From positions 1 to 64,000 of IMG/VR virus record IMGVR_UViG_3300027754_004232: a stretch of 64,000 nucleotides of DNA; one strand, written 5' to 3'. How positions within the stretch are numbered: the stretch's first letter is position 1; each line of letters opens with the position of its first letter. Shown in pieces: positions 26,692 through 35,476 of this stretch. The notes under the pieces are model-generated. The model saw nothing but the letters and a program-made list of their open reading frames with translations. It was not told where the DNA came from and did not search any database. Made by a program: the position numbers and the translations under genes. The DNA is from a virus.

Positions 26692-27123
26692 ATGGCAAAA
26701 CAACGAAGTGATGATAGCAAATACGAATCCAGACATGGTGGTGGTTGGATTACTCCAGCACAATTCTTAGCTGAAGTTATGTGCGAAAGAACAGCCAAAG
26801 AAAACCTAGAAGAATTACCTATTAAGTTTTGGAACAAACCAAGATGGAAAAAGGAATTTTTCAAACAATTAAATTTAGCCAACACAATACTAAAAGATCA
26901 TGATGCAGCAGTTGTGTCTAAGGCACTCAAATCAAAAGAAGGTAAAAAAATATTTTCATTGGGTGCTCCTTGGTTTAAGAAGTTGATTCTTTTAGAAGAA
27001 AAAAACTTTAAAGAAATTTCAAGCTTGACTGAATCAAAAGAAGCTGTAGAACTTCCAATTAGAAAAACCTTTCAGCAATCTAAATCTTTAATTAAAAGAA
27101 TAAAGGAACTAGACAATGAGTGA
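26692..27123 (+). CDS. Hypothetical protein
   Basis: Coupled ORF upstream of recA. Confidence 0.55.
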   Translation: MAKQRSDDSKYESRHGGGWITPAQFLAEVMCERTAKENLEELPIKFWNKPRWKKEFFKQLNLANTILKDHDAAVVSKALKSKEGKKIFSLGAPWFKKLILLEEKNFKEISSLTESKEAVELPIRKTFQQSKSLIKRIKELDNE

Positions 27124-29137
27124 CAATCTTGAAAAAATTCTAAAAGAAGTAGATAAACAATATGGCAAAGGTGTTGCTATAAATGCTAACGATTTATTAG
27201 ACGAGGAAAAACATGTAATACCTTTATCTCCAGCATTAAACTTGGGTTTGCATGGTGGAATACCAGAAGGTTCTTGGATCACATGCTCTGGACACCCAAA
27301 AAGCGGTAAAGAACAACCCATCTCTGCCATAGTTTATACGGCTAATGGACCAAGAAGAATTGGAGATATTACATATGGAGAAACAATTTGTTGTCCAAAT
27401 GGAACGACATCTATGGTTTGTGGTATTTACCCACAAGGAGTAAAAGATGTTTATACAGTAACATTTTCAGATGGTTCAACAGCGGAATGTGGCGAAAATC
27501 ATCTGTGGAATATAAAAACTAGAGAACAAAAATCTTATAAAACTGTAATGTTAAAAGATTTCATGAGCAAAATACACATAGGAAAAAGCACTAAAGCTAA
27601 ATATTCAATACCAATAACAGCACCAGTAAAGTTTAATTCAATTAAAGTTCCAATAAATCCATTTGTATTTGGTGCTTTACTTACTGTTGGATTTTTTAAC
27701 AAAAAAATTACTGCACTAATTGAAAACGAAAATCTACTTAATCGCATTTGCGATTTAATGAATGGAACTGGAATATCTTACACAAAAGAAGAAAGTCAAT
27801 TAACAATAAATGTGCATAGTGAATTAAGAGAATTAGGTCTTTTAGGAAGAAAAACATCTCAAAAATTTATACCTCCAAACTATTTATATAATTCGATAGA
27901 AAACAGAATGTCTTTATTGCAGGGAATACTCAGCTTTGCACATATAACAAAAACAGAAACCCCAATTCTTACAGTATCATCAAAGCAATTTGCTGAAGAC
28001 TTTAGGCTATTAGTTCAGTCTCTAGGTGGAATATGCTTAATATCTATGCACAAAAATAACGAAGAAAATTTTATTTATTATTGTTCTATTATAATCAAGA
28101 ACAAAAAGAAATTGTTTGAATTTAAAAAGGAAAAATTTAAAAAGAAAGATGTAAAAAATAACATATCTAGAAAAATAATATCCGTAGTAAAAACAAGAAG
28201 AGAACAAAGTGTTTGTATTTCAGTTAGAGATAAAAGCGGTTTGTATTTAACAGACAATTTTGTTGTAACTCATAATACGCTTACATCACTATCTTTTGCT
28301 GCCCAATGTCAAAAACCAGAGAATGGTTCTAGACATGTGTACTATCTAAACATTGAGGGTAGATTAAAGCCTATGAATCTAAGGGGCATAGCTGGCTTAG
28401 ATTTGAATAAGATGACAATCTATAGATCTACTCAAGATAAGATTCTTACAGCAAAGGACTACCTAAATCTGGCCTTTAAAGCTATCAATACACACCCAGG
28501 AAGTTTGATCATTATAGATAGTGTTTCTGCTCTATGTGATGAGAAGGAGATGGATCAAGGTATTGGCTATGAGAATAGAGGGGCTGGCAATAAGCTTTTT
28601 GCTGGATTTTGTAGGCAAGCAGCAAATATAGTGCCTGTTCAAAACTGTATGGTTTGGGCAATTATGCATTTAACACAATCTCAAGGTATGTATGGTGGTT
28701 ATACAGAAAAGGGTTCTAGAACATTGCAATACCAAGCAGATGTTCAAATGAGAGTAAAGTCTGATAAGCCTTGGACTGTTGGTGGGGAAGGAAAAGACAA
28801 GCAGATTGGCCAGCAAGTACATTGGCTAATTGAATCTTGTTCTTTGGGATCGCCAGGAATGGAAGTAGATAGTTATATAAGATATGGTATTGGAATAGAT
28901 AATACATACGAGGCAATCAACTTAGGTTGTCAGCTTGGACTTATAAACAAAGCTGGTGCTTGGATGACATTAGATTTTATGGAAAGACATTTAAAGCTAT
29001 TAAAGGCTGAAGCTTGGGATGATGCCACTATAAAATTAGTTAAAACTCAAGGGGCAGAAAAAATGTATAAATTATTGTTGGAAAATCCTAAGTGGATTGC
29101 TGCATTAGAAAAAGAAATTAAGGCTATTATATCGTGA
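27116..29137 (+). CDS. recA: RecA/UvsX-like recombinase containing an intein
   Basis: LNLGLHGGIP, P-loop GHPKSGK|T interrupted by the intein, YLNIEG, IIIDSVSAL, YGIGID, KAGAW. Confidence 0.88.
   Translation: MSDNLEKILKEVDKQYGKGVAINANDLLDEEKHVIPLSPALNLGLHGGIPEGSWITCSGHPKSGKEQPISAIVYTANGPRRIGDITYGETICCPNGTTSMVCGIYPQGVKDVYTVTFSDGSTAECGENHLWNIKTREQKSYKTVMLKDFMSKIHIGKSTKAKYSIPITAPVKFNSIKVPINPFVFGALLTVGFFNKKITALIENENLLNRICDLMNGTGISYTKEESQLTINVHSELRELGLLGRKTSQKFIPPNYLYNSIENRMSLLQGILSFAHITKTETPILTVSSKQFAEDFRLLVQSLGGICLISMHKNNEENFIYYCSIIIKNKKKLFEFKKEKFKKKDVKNNISRKIISVVKTRREQSVCISVRDKSGLYLTDNFVVTHNTLTSLSFAAQCQKPENGSRHVYYLNIEGRLKPMNLRGIAGLDLNKMTIYRSTQDKILTAKDYLNLAFKAINTHPGSLIIIDSVSALCDEKEMDQGIGYENRGAGNKLFAGFCRQAANIVPVQNCMVWAIMHLTQSQGMYGGYTEKGSRTLQYQADVQMRVKSDKPWTVGGEGKDKQIGQQVHWLIESCSLGSPGMEVDSYIRYGIGIDNTYEAINLGCQLGLINKAGAWMTLDFMERHLKLLKAEAWDDATIKLVKTQGAEKMYKLLLENPKWIAALEKEIKAIIS
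27311..28276 (+). mobile_element. Class 3-type intein (322 aa) with a degenerate LAGLIDADG domain in the RecA P-loop
   Basis: Begins EQPISAIVYTANG, block B ECGENHLW, block F VCISV, ends VVTHN before a Thr extein. Confidence 0.85.
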
Positions 29138-29532
29138 AAGTAATAGGACTTGATGGTAAAACTTACTCTTGGACTTCTGGTAATGTTCCAGATCATGATG
29201 ATTCTAAACCTAGATCTTCATTGCATTTATTAGCTAGATCTATACTTAAAGCAATGTATCCAATGGACAGAATCTTAGAAGAAGCAACTTTGCCGGGTTC
29301 TGGAGGTTTAGCAGCAGATTTTTGGTTGCCATTGAGAAAAACAATAATTGAAGTTCATGGAGAACAACACTACAAATTTATACCGTTTTTTCATAATACG
29401 ATGTTAAACTTTTATCATTCCAAAAAAAATGATAAGAATAAAATAGAGTGGTGTGAAAAAAATAACATTTACCTTATAGAGTTACCATTCAATGAATCAG
29501 AACAACAATGGCGAAAAAGAATTGAAGGTTAG
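29134..29532 (+). CDS. PD-(D/E)XK / Vsr-like endonuclease
   Basis: ADFWLP..IIEVHGEQHY, DKNKIEWCEKNNI. Confidence 0.7.
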   Translation: MKVIGLDGKTYSWTSGNVPDHDDSKPRSSLHLLARSILKAMYPMDRILEEATLPGSGGLAADFWLPLRKTIIEVHGEQHYKFIPFFHNTMLNFYHSKKNDKNKIEWCEKNNIYLIELPFNESEQQWRKRIEG

Positions 29533-30004
29533 TGAAGAGGAAAAATTTGATTCTCTTTTAGATAGCTATGAAAATTCAATAGGGTTATCCTCAATCCCTA
29601 AAGATTTAGAATTTACTTGTATAAAATACTTATATCTTTCTCAAGAAGAATTAAAAAAAATGTCTTCTGAAGATTGTGCAGAAGCGTGTGTTCTATTAAA
29701 TAGTTTTTCTTTTCACTTATCTAGAGTGCTTAACAGAGAAAAAGCAAAATTAAGATGGTGCAACGAGAAGATTCTAAAGGCTATTTCTTCTAAGCTTACA
29801 GACTATAGATACTTTTCTCCAGATGAAAGAATGGCATTATCAGTCAAAGATGATGACTATGCACAAAAAGTAAAAATGCTTGCAGTAAAGATACAAGCAA
29901 GGATAGACAGGACAGAATATTTACCTATAAGAGTAGAGAAGGTTTCTGATACATTTTCTAATCTTTCTTATAACAAAAGGAAAAACAATGAGCGTAATAT
30001 CTAA
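29492..30004 (+). CDS. Helical hypothetical protein (possibly a recombination mediator)
   Basis: Coiled-coil character and position next to recA; function is inference only. Confidence 0.4.
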   Translation: MNQNNNGEKELKVSEEEKFDSLLDSYENSIGLSSIPKDLEFTCIKYLYLSQEELKKMSSEDCAEACVLLNSFSFHLSRVLNREKAKLRWCNEKILKAISSKLTDYRYFSPDERMALSVKDDDYAQKVKMLAVKIQARIDRTEYLPIRVEKVSDTFSNLSYNKRKNNERNI

Positions 30005-30473
30005 GTTAAAAGAAGCAATACTTAAAAATGATTGGGTATTAGTGGATGAGGTATTGCAAGATTTGGCTGGTGTTGTAGCACTTAACAATAAAAAAGAAAA
30101 AGTAGTTGAAGAAAAAAAACAGGTTCTTGTTGAAACAATTAAAAATGACGATATTGAATTGAATAAATTCATGGTGAATACGAATAATACTACAGCAAAG
30201 ACAAAAGAATCAGTTGCTAGGCCAGTATTTCAAAACAAATTTGTAGACGATCAAACTTTAGAGTGTTCTTTTATTGAAGAGCAATCTAAAGAGTTACAAC
30301 CTAAGAAATACAGAAGGCCAGTAGATGAATCTTCTGGATTTCAAAGCGTTAATTGTACAAAATGTTCCAATTCTATGGAAATAACTTCAGAGGAATATGC
30401 TTTTAAATCTAGAGATAGTGAATCTTCTGGATTTATATGTGTTCCTTGCATGAAGAAAGCGGTGAGAAGATGA
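29988..30473 (+). CDS. Hypothetical protein with C-terminal zinc finger
   Basis: CTKC...CVPC. Confidence 0.5.
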   Translation: MSVISKLKEAILKNDWVLVDEVLQDLAGVVALNNKKEKVVEEKKQVLVETIKNDDIELNKFMVNTNNTTAKTKESVARPVFQNKFVDDQTLECSFIEEQSKELQPKKYRRPVDESSGFQSVNCTKCSNSMEITSEEYAFKSRDSESSGFICVPCMKKAVRR

Positions 30474-31930
30474 TAGATGTTGGTGCAGAAAGGGTAGTCT
30501 TAGCTGGACTTTTTCAGAAAGGCTATGACTGTTTTATTGAAGTTGCAGATATTATCGATGAAAACTGTTTTTCTAGTGATGACAATGCTGCTATATTTAA
30601 ATGTTTTTCAAAAATTATTACTGATAAGAGTTCAAGAGTAGATATACCAACAGTTATTTCTACTGCCGAATCTTTAAACCTGTCACAGTTTTTTAAGACA
30701 TCAGAACAAGCAAAGTATTTAAGATCGCTAACTAGTTTTCCAGTTGAGTTAGTTAATGCTAGAAAAAGTGCAGCAAAACTTAAGAAATTGAGCATTGCAA
30801 AAAACCTATCTTTAAATCTAATCAATGGTGCAAACACACTTGAAAATATTACTGGTGATGAGCCTATAAGCCATATAATTTCTATTGCAGAATCATGTGT
30901 TTTAGATGCAACATTTAAGATTTCAAATTCTGAAGATCCTAACCCAAAACTAATGAGCGATGGTATAGAAGAATATGTTGAGTATTTAGAGTCAAATCCA
31001 ATTTCGCAATTGGGTATTTCCTCTGGATTCAAAGCATATGATATGGCTATTGGGGGTGGGTTTAGGCCAGGAACAGTCAATCTAATCGGTGCTAGAATGA
31101 AAACTGGCAAAAGCTTTTTTGCTGACAATGTAGGTATTAGCGTATCATCAAATAACATTCCAGTCTTAATGCTTGATACAGAAATGACAGAGAAAGATCA
31201 TTGGCATAGAATATTAGCTTGTATATCTGGAGTCAAAATAGAAGAAATTGAAAGCGGATTGTTTTCAAAAGATACTTCAAAAAGAAACAACATTAAAAAG
31301 GCTATTGAAAAAATCAAATTGATGCCATTTCAATACAAATCTATTGCAGGAAAAAGCTTTGATGAAGTTATAAGTATGGCTAGAAGATGGGTGATTAAAG
31401 ATGTTGGACTTGATGATTCTGGAAAAGCAAACCCATGTTTAATCATATATGACTATATAAAGTTGATGGATGATTCTGCTATTGGTAAAAATATGGCAGA
31501 ATATCAAGCACTTGGCTTTTTAATGACAAACCTACATAACTTCATGGTTCAATATAATGCTTCATGTTTAGCGTTTACTCAGCTAAATAGGGATGGGATC
31601 AATCGTGAAGATACTGATGTAGCATCTGGTTCTGATAGAATACTTTGGCTTTGTTCAAACTTTTCAATCTACAAAAGGAAAAGTGAAGAGGAAATGGCAG
31701 ATGAAGGATTTTCACAAGACAAGATTAGATATAACTTGAAATTAGTTCCTGTTGTTGCAAGACATGGCAAAGGAATGGATCAGGGGGATTATATAAATAT
31801 AATTGCTAATTATGAATTTGGAAAAATAGAAGAAGGTCCAACTAGAAGTCAAATTTTTAAATCTCAGTCTACAAGGCAGAATAGTGGTTTTGTAGTGGAA
31901 GGATTACCAGATGAAATCGAAGTCAACTGA
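30470..31930 (+). CDS. dnaB: DnaB-like replicative helicase
   Basis: AERVVLAGL, GARMKTGKS Walker A, LDTEM, IYDYIKL, TQLNR, ARHG. Confidence 0.9.
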   Translation: MIDVGAERVVLAGLFQKGYDCFIEVADIIDENCFSSDDNAAIFKCFSKIITDKSSRVDIPTVISTAESLNLSQFFKTSEQAKYLRSLTSFPVELVNARKSAAKLKKLSIAKNLSLNLINGANTLENITGDEPISHIISIAESCVLDATFKISNSEDPNPKLMSDGIEEYVEYLESNPISQLGISSGFKAYDMAIGGGFRPGTVNLIGARMKTGKSFFADNVGISVSSNNIPVLMLDTEMTEKDHWHRILACISGVKIEEIESGLFSKDTSKRNNIKKAIEKIKLMPFQYKSIAGKSFDEVISMARRWVIKDVGLDDSGKANPCLIIYDYIKLMDDSAIGKNMAEYQALGFLMTNLHNFMVQYNASCLAFTQLNRDGINREDTDVASGSDRILWLCSNFSIYKRKSEEEMADEGFSQDKIRYNLKLVPVVARHGKGMDQGDYINIIANYEFGKIEEGPTRSQIFKSQSTRQNSGFVVEGLPDEIEVN

Positions 31931-33038
31931 ACTAAGTAAGAATGAATATTTAAATGCTGTAATATGCGAAAGAATAGAATTTCTTATGGATTATTTTAAT
32001 ATTCAATATAAAACAGTTTCAGATTCAATAATTTGTGCTTGTCCAGTTCATGGTGGAGACAATAGAACAGCAGTAAATCTTTTTATGTCTGGACACACAA
32101 GAGTTGGCAATTGGGTTTGTTATACACATCATTGCGAAAATACATTTATAAATACATCTATAGGATTTTTTCGTGGAGTAATGAGTAATAAAAAATATGG
32201 TTGGTCAAAAATTGGAGATAAAACAGTTAGTTTTTCAGATACAATTGCTTCTCTTTGCGGATTATTAAAATTGGATCTTTCTGACATAAAAGATACTGTT
32301 AGTTCTCATGCTTTTGATAAACACGCACATTTATTTACTCCTTCTAAAAAAGGGAAAGAATTCTTATACACTAAAAAAGTTGTAAGAGAAAGACTTGATA
32401 TACCATCAAAATACTTTGTATCTAGAGGCTATTCTGCACATATATTAGATATGTATGACATTGGGGAATCAAAATCAGACAATAGATTCTTTAGGAAAAG
32501 AGCAGTAGTTCCAGTATATGATTCAGACAATAAAACAATTGTAGGTTTTACTGGAAGAACAATACTTGATAAATGCATTAAATGTAATGACTATCATGAA
32601 AATGAAAGCTGTGATCCACAAAATGTTATTAGTAAATGGATTCACAATAAAGGATTCTCAAAAAAGAACTACCTTTATAATTTTGGCAATGCTAAAGATG
32701 AGATTAAAAAAACTGGAATAGTTATATTGGTCGAAGGTCCAGCAGATGTGTGGAAATTTGTCGAGAACGGAATACATAATGTTGTTGCTGTTTTTGGATC
32801 TTCGCTTACAGATACACAACAAGTTTTACTTGAATCATCTGGTGCTACTACATTAATATTGCTTTTTGACTCAGATAAAGCTGGCAATAATGCTTCTAAT
32901 AAATTAAATTCATCTCTTTCCAGAATGTTTAAAATAATAATTCCATCTTTGCCAGATGGGATTAAAGACCCAGGCGATCTTAGCAGCGAGCAAATAAATA
33001 TGATAATTAAACCCTTGATTGAAAAGAACTCGTATTAA
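31911..33038 (+). CDS. dnaG: DnaG-like primase
   Basis: CPVHGGDN...C..HC zinc finger, GFTGR, LVEGPADV, FDSDKAG TOPRIM, KDPGD. Confidence 0.88.
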   Translation: MKSKSTELSKNEYLNAVICERIEFLMDYFNIQYKTVSDSIICACPVHGGDNRTAVNLFMSGHTRVGNWVCYTHHCENTFINTSIGFFRGVMSNKKYGWSKIGDKTVSFSDTIASLCGLLKLDLSDIKDTVSSHAFDKHAHLFTPSKKGKEFLYTKKVVRERLDIPSKYFVSRGYSAHILDMYDIGESKSDNRFFRKRAVVPVYDSDNKTIVGFTGRTILDKCIKCNDYHENESCDPQNVISKWIHNKGFSKKNYLYNFGNAKDEIKKTGIVILVEGPADVWKFVENGIHNVVAVFGSSLTDTQQVLLESSGATTLILLFDSDKAGNNASNKLNSSLSRMFKIIIPSLPDGIKDPGDLSSEQINMIIKPLIEKNSY

Positions 33039-33691
33039 TGACAATTCAAAGACTAATAGGTTTTTCTGGAAGAAAAGGTTCTGGTAAGGATACCTTGGCT
33101 GGATTTCTTTCATTTAATTCCGTTGATCTTTTTGGTTGTAATTCATGCATATTTTCTTTTGCTCAAACAATGAAATCATTAGCAATTAACTTTTTTGGAT
33201 TAAAGCACAAACAGGTCTTCGGATCTTTAGAAGACAAAAACTCACTTACAAGTTATTTATGGGAAGACTTGCCTCATTATAGTGAAATAAAATCTAGTCG
33301 TTTAAATCCACCAATAGGACAAATGACAGCTAGAGAATTTCTACAAGAGTTTGGAACTGGAATAGCCAGAAAAATGAATAAATCAATACATATTAACGCT
33401 TGTTTTAATATGATAAGCAAAGAAAACTGCCCATTAAATTTTATTACTGATGCAAGGTTTGAAAATGAAATTGATAGCATTAAAGATGCTGGTGGCATAG
33501 TTATTAGGCTAACAAGAAGCACAGATAATGATAGCCACATAAGTGAAAACGAAATAGATAAATGTGCAAGCAAATTTGACATTATTTTAAATAATGAAAA
33601 TATGTCTAAAGAAGAACAGCAATTTGAACTTATCAGAAAACTAAAACAAATAAACTGGATTAAAAATGATCATAACTTATCTAAGGTCTAG
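33038..33691 (+). CDS. Deoxynucleoside monophosphate kinase (T4 gp1-like)
   Basis: GFSGRKGSGKDT, SFA, REFLQEFGT, ITDARFENE, HISE. Confidence 0.85.
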   Translation: MTIQRLIGFSGRKGSGKDTLAGFLSFNSVDLFGCNSCIFSFAQTMKSLAINFFGLKHKQVFGSLEDKNSLTSYLWEDLPHYSEIKSSRLNPPIGQMTAREFLQEFGTGIARKMNKSIHINACFNMISKENCPLNFITDARFENEIDSIKDAGGIVIRLTRSTDNDSHISENEIDKCASKFDIILNNENMSKEEQQFELIRKLKQINWIKNDHNLSKV

Positions 33692-34697
33692 TTCTGTAAG
33701 TTCTTACGCATGGTGTCAACATAAGTACTGGCTAACTTACAACTTAGGCTTTCAAGATGATTCCAATAAAAAAGCGGAAAAGGGCAATGTTGTTCATAAA
33801 GCATTAGAATTGTTGGCAAATAAAAAGCTTTGCCTACAAAACGAAACATCTACATTTACAGATAGTGAATTAAAAGAAACTTTTTCCACAATAGATATTT
33901 CTCCAGAAAGTGCCATACTGTCTGCTTTTAATCATTATAAAAACAAAAGCATTCATGAGTGGGATGATAAGGATCTAAAGGAATGCTCTAAATGGACTTG
34001 GGATACACTATTATTTAACAATGGTATGTTTTCACCTTTATCTAGAAAGATTGAGCAACCAGAGCAGTATTTTGATATAGAGATTGAAGAACCTTGGGCT
34101 AAATACGAATACTATTTAGATGATGGTACTGTTATGTCTGGAAATCTTAGAATTAAAGGAACAATGGACTTAATAACTAGAGTAGACAAAAAAACAATAG
34201 AGTACATAGACTGGAAAACAGGAGAAAGAAAAAACTGGGCAACTGGAAAGGAAAAAAACTATGATGACTTTTATAAAGACTTTCAATTAAGACTTTATCA
34301 TTACGCATTAAACAAACTTTATCCAGATGAAGAAAATATAATTATTACTATTTTTTTTAATAAAGCTGGTGGTCCTTTTACATTGTGTTTTCATAAAGAA
34401 GATATAAAAACAACAATTGAAATGATTAGGTATGAATTTGAAAAAATAAAGTCTTGTCATTTTCCATCGAGAATTATAGATTATGGTAAAGATAGATGGA
34501 AATGTGAGAAGCTTTGTAGGTTTCATAAAGAAAAATATGAAGATACAGATATTTCTGTCTGTGACTTTATGAATAAAGAACTTATACAATTGGGCATGAA
34601 TGTTGCGTATACTAAATATGCCAATAAAAAAACAGTTGTTTCTTATGGCGATGGTGGTGGTCAATCTAACAGGGAGAATAATGATGTCAAAAAGTAA
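33666..34697 (+). CDS. PD-(D/E)XK exonuclease, Cas4/RecB-like
   Basis: SSS...WC, GNVVHKALE, GTMDL, YIDWKTG, QLRLY, C-terminal C...C..C. Confidence 0.8.
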   Translation: MIITYLRSSSVSSYAWCQHKYWLTYNLGFQDDSNKKAEKGNVVHKALELLANKKLCLQNETSTFTDSELKETFSTIDISPESAILSAFNHYKNKSIHEWDDKDLKECSKWTWDTLLFNNGMFSPLSRKIEQPEQYFDIEIEEPWAKYEYYLDDGTVMSGNLRIKGTMDLITRVDKKTIEYIDWKTGERKNWATGKEKNYDDFYKDFQLRLYHYALNKLYPDEENIIITIFFNKAGGPFTLCFHKEDIKTTIEMIRYEFEKIKSCHFPSRIIDYGKDRWKCEKLCRFHKEKYEDTDISVCDFMNKELIQLGMNVAYTKYANKKTVVSYGDGGGQSNRENNDVKK

Positions 34698-35448
34698 AAA
34701 GTGGATAGAAGCTATTTTTGAAAAATCAAAACAGACAACGACTTCTACAACATTTAGTCCAGAAAATTCTCCTACAGACCAAGATTATCCAAATTATAAT
34801 GAGGAAGGGGAATTAATTGTTTCAAAAGAACCAGAGTATCTTCCAAAGTACAATGGTGAGAAAGTTTTGGTCTTTAGAAAAGAATTGTTAACTGAAGACT
34901 TATCGTTTCAAGGAATGCTAACTGGAGAAAAAGCTTCTAGCATTAAAAATAAGATCCTTGCTCCAGAAAATTTATTTTATATAGACAGAGATATTGCAGA
35001 AAATAACCAGAATTATAAACAAGTAATTCCTTATTGTATTTTTACAAAAAATGATCAATTGTTTATGTATCAAAGATCAAAGCATGGTTCTGAAAATAGG
35101 CTTCATGATCTATGGTCTGTTGGCGTTGGTGGACATGTTAATCCTTGCGATGGGAACAACATTGAAACAATAGGCAATGCTTGCAAAAGAGAAATAGAAG
35201 AAGAAGTTCAGTTTTCAGATCCTCATTCTGTAAGATTGGTTGGTGTTATAAATGACGATTCGTCTACAGTTAATGCTGTTCATTTTGGTGTTGTTTTTCA
35301 TGTTCATTTAAAAGATGGAACTTCGCTTAATCCAATTGATAAAGCTCTTGCAAATGGCGAATTTAGACACACAAAAACAACAGTAATATCAGATATAAAC
35401 TGGGAAGATTGGTCAGTGCATGTAATTAGGAACTACTTAAGAAATTAA
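34681..35448 (+). CDS. NUDIX-family phosphoesterase (COG4112-like)
   Basis: YKQVIPY, ENRLHDLWSVGVGGHVN, REIEEE, GVINDD..VNAVHFG. Confidence 0.8.
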   Translation: MMSKSKKWIEAIFEKSKQTTTSTTFSPENSPTDQDYPNYNEEGELIVSKEPEYLPKYNGEKVLVFRKELLTEDLSFQGMLTGEKASSIKNKILAPENLFYIDRDIAENNQNYKQVIPYCIFTKNDQLFMYQRSKHGSENRLHDLWSVGVGGHVNPCDGNNIETIGNACKREIEEEVQFSDPHSVRLVGVINDDSSTVNAVHFGVVFHVHLKDGTSLNPIDKALANGEFRHTKTTVISDINWEDWSVHVIRNYLRN

Positions 35449-35476
35449 TTAATTGAAAAAAATTTAAGGATTGAAC

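Noticed and set aside
30523-31158. Long antisense ORFs (also 518-952, 39211-39651, 44315-44758, 54615-54953)
   Set aside because: Shadow frames opposite well-supported genes, with no motifs of their own.
33666-34697. Cas4-like nuclease as part of a CRISPR-Cas system
   Set aside because: No other cas genes or array; solo Cas4/RecB-like nucleases are common in phage replication modules.
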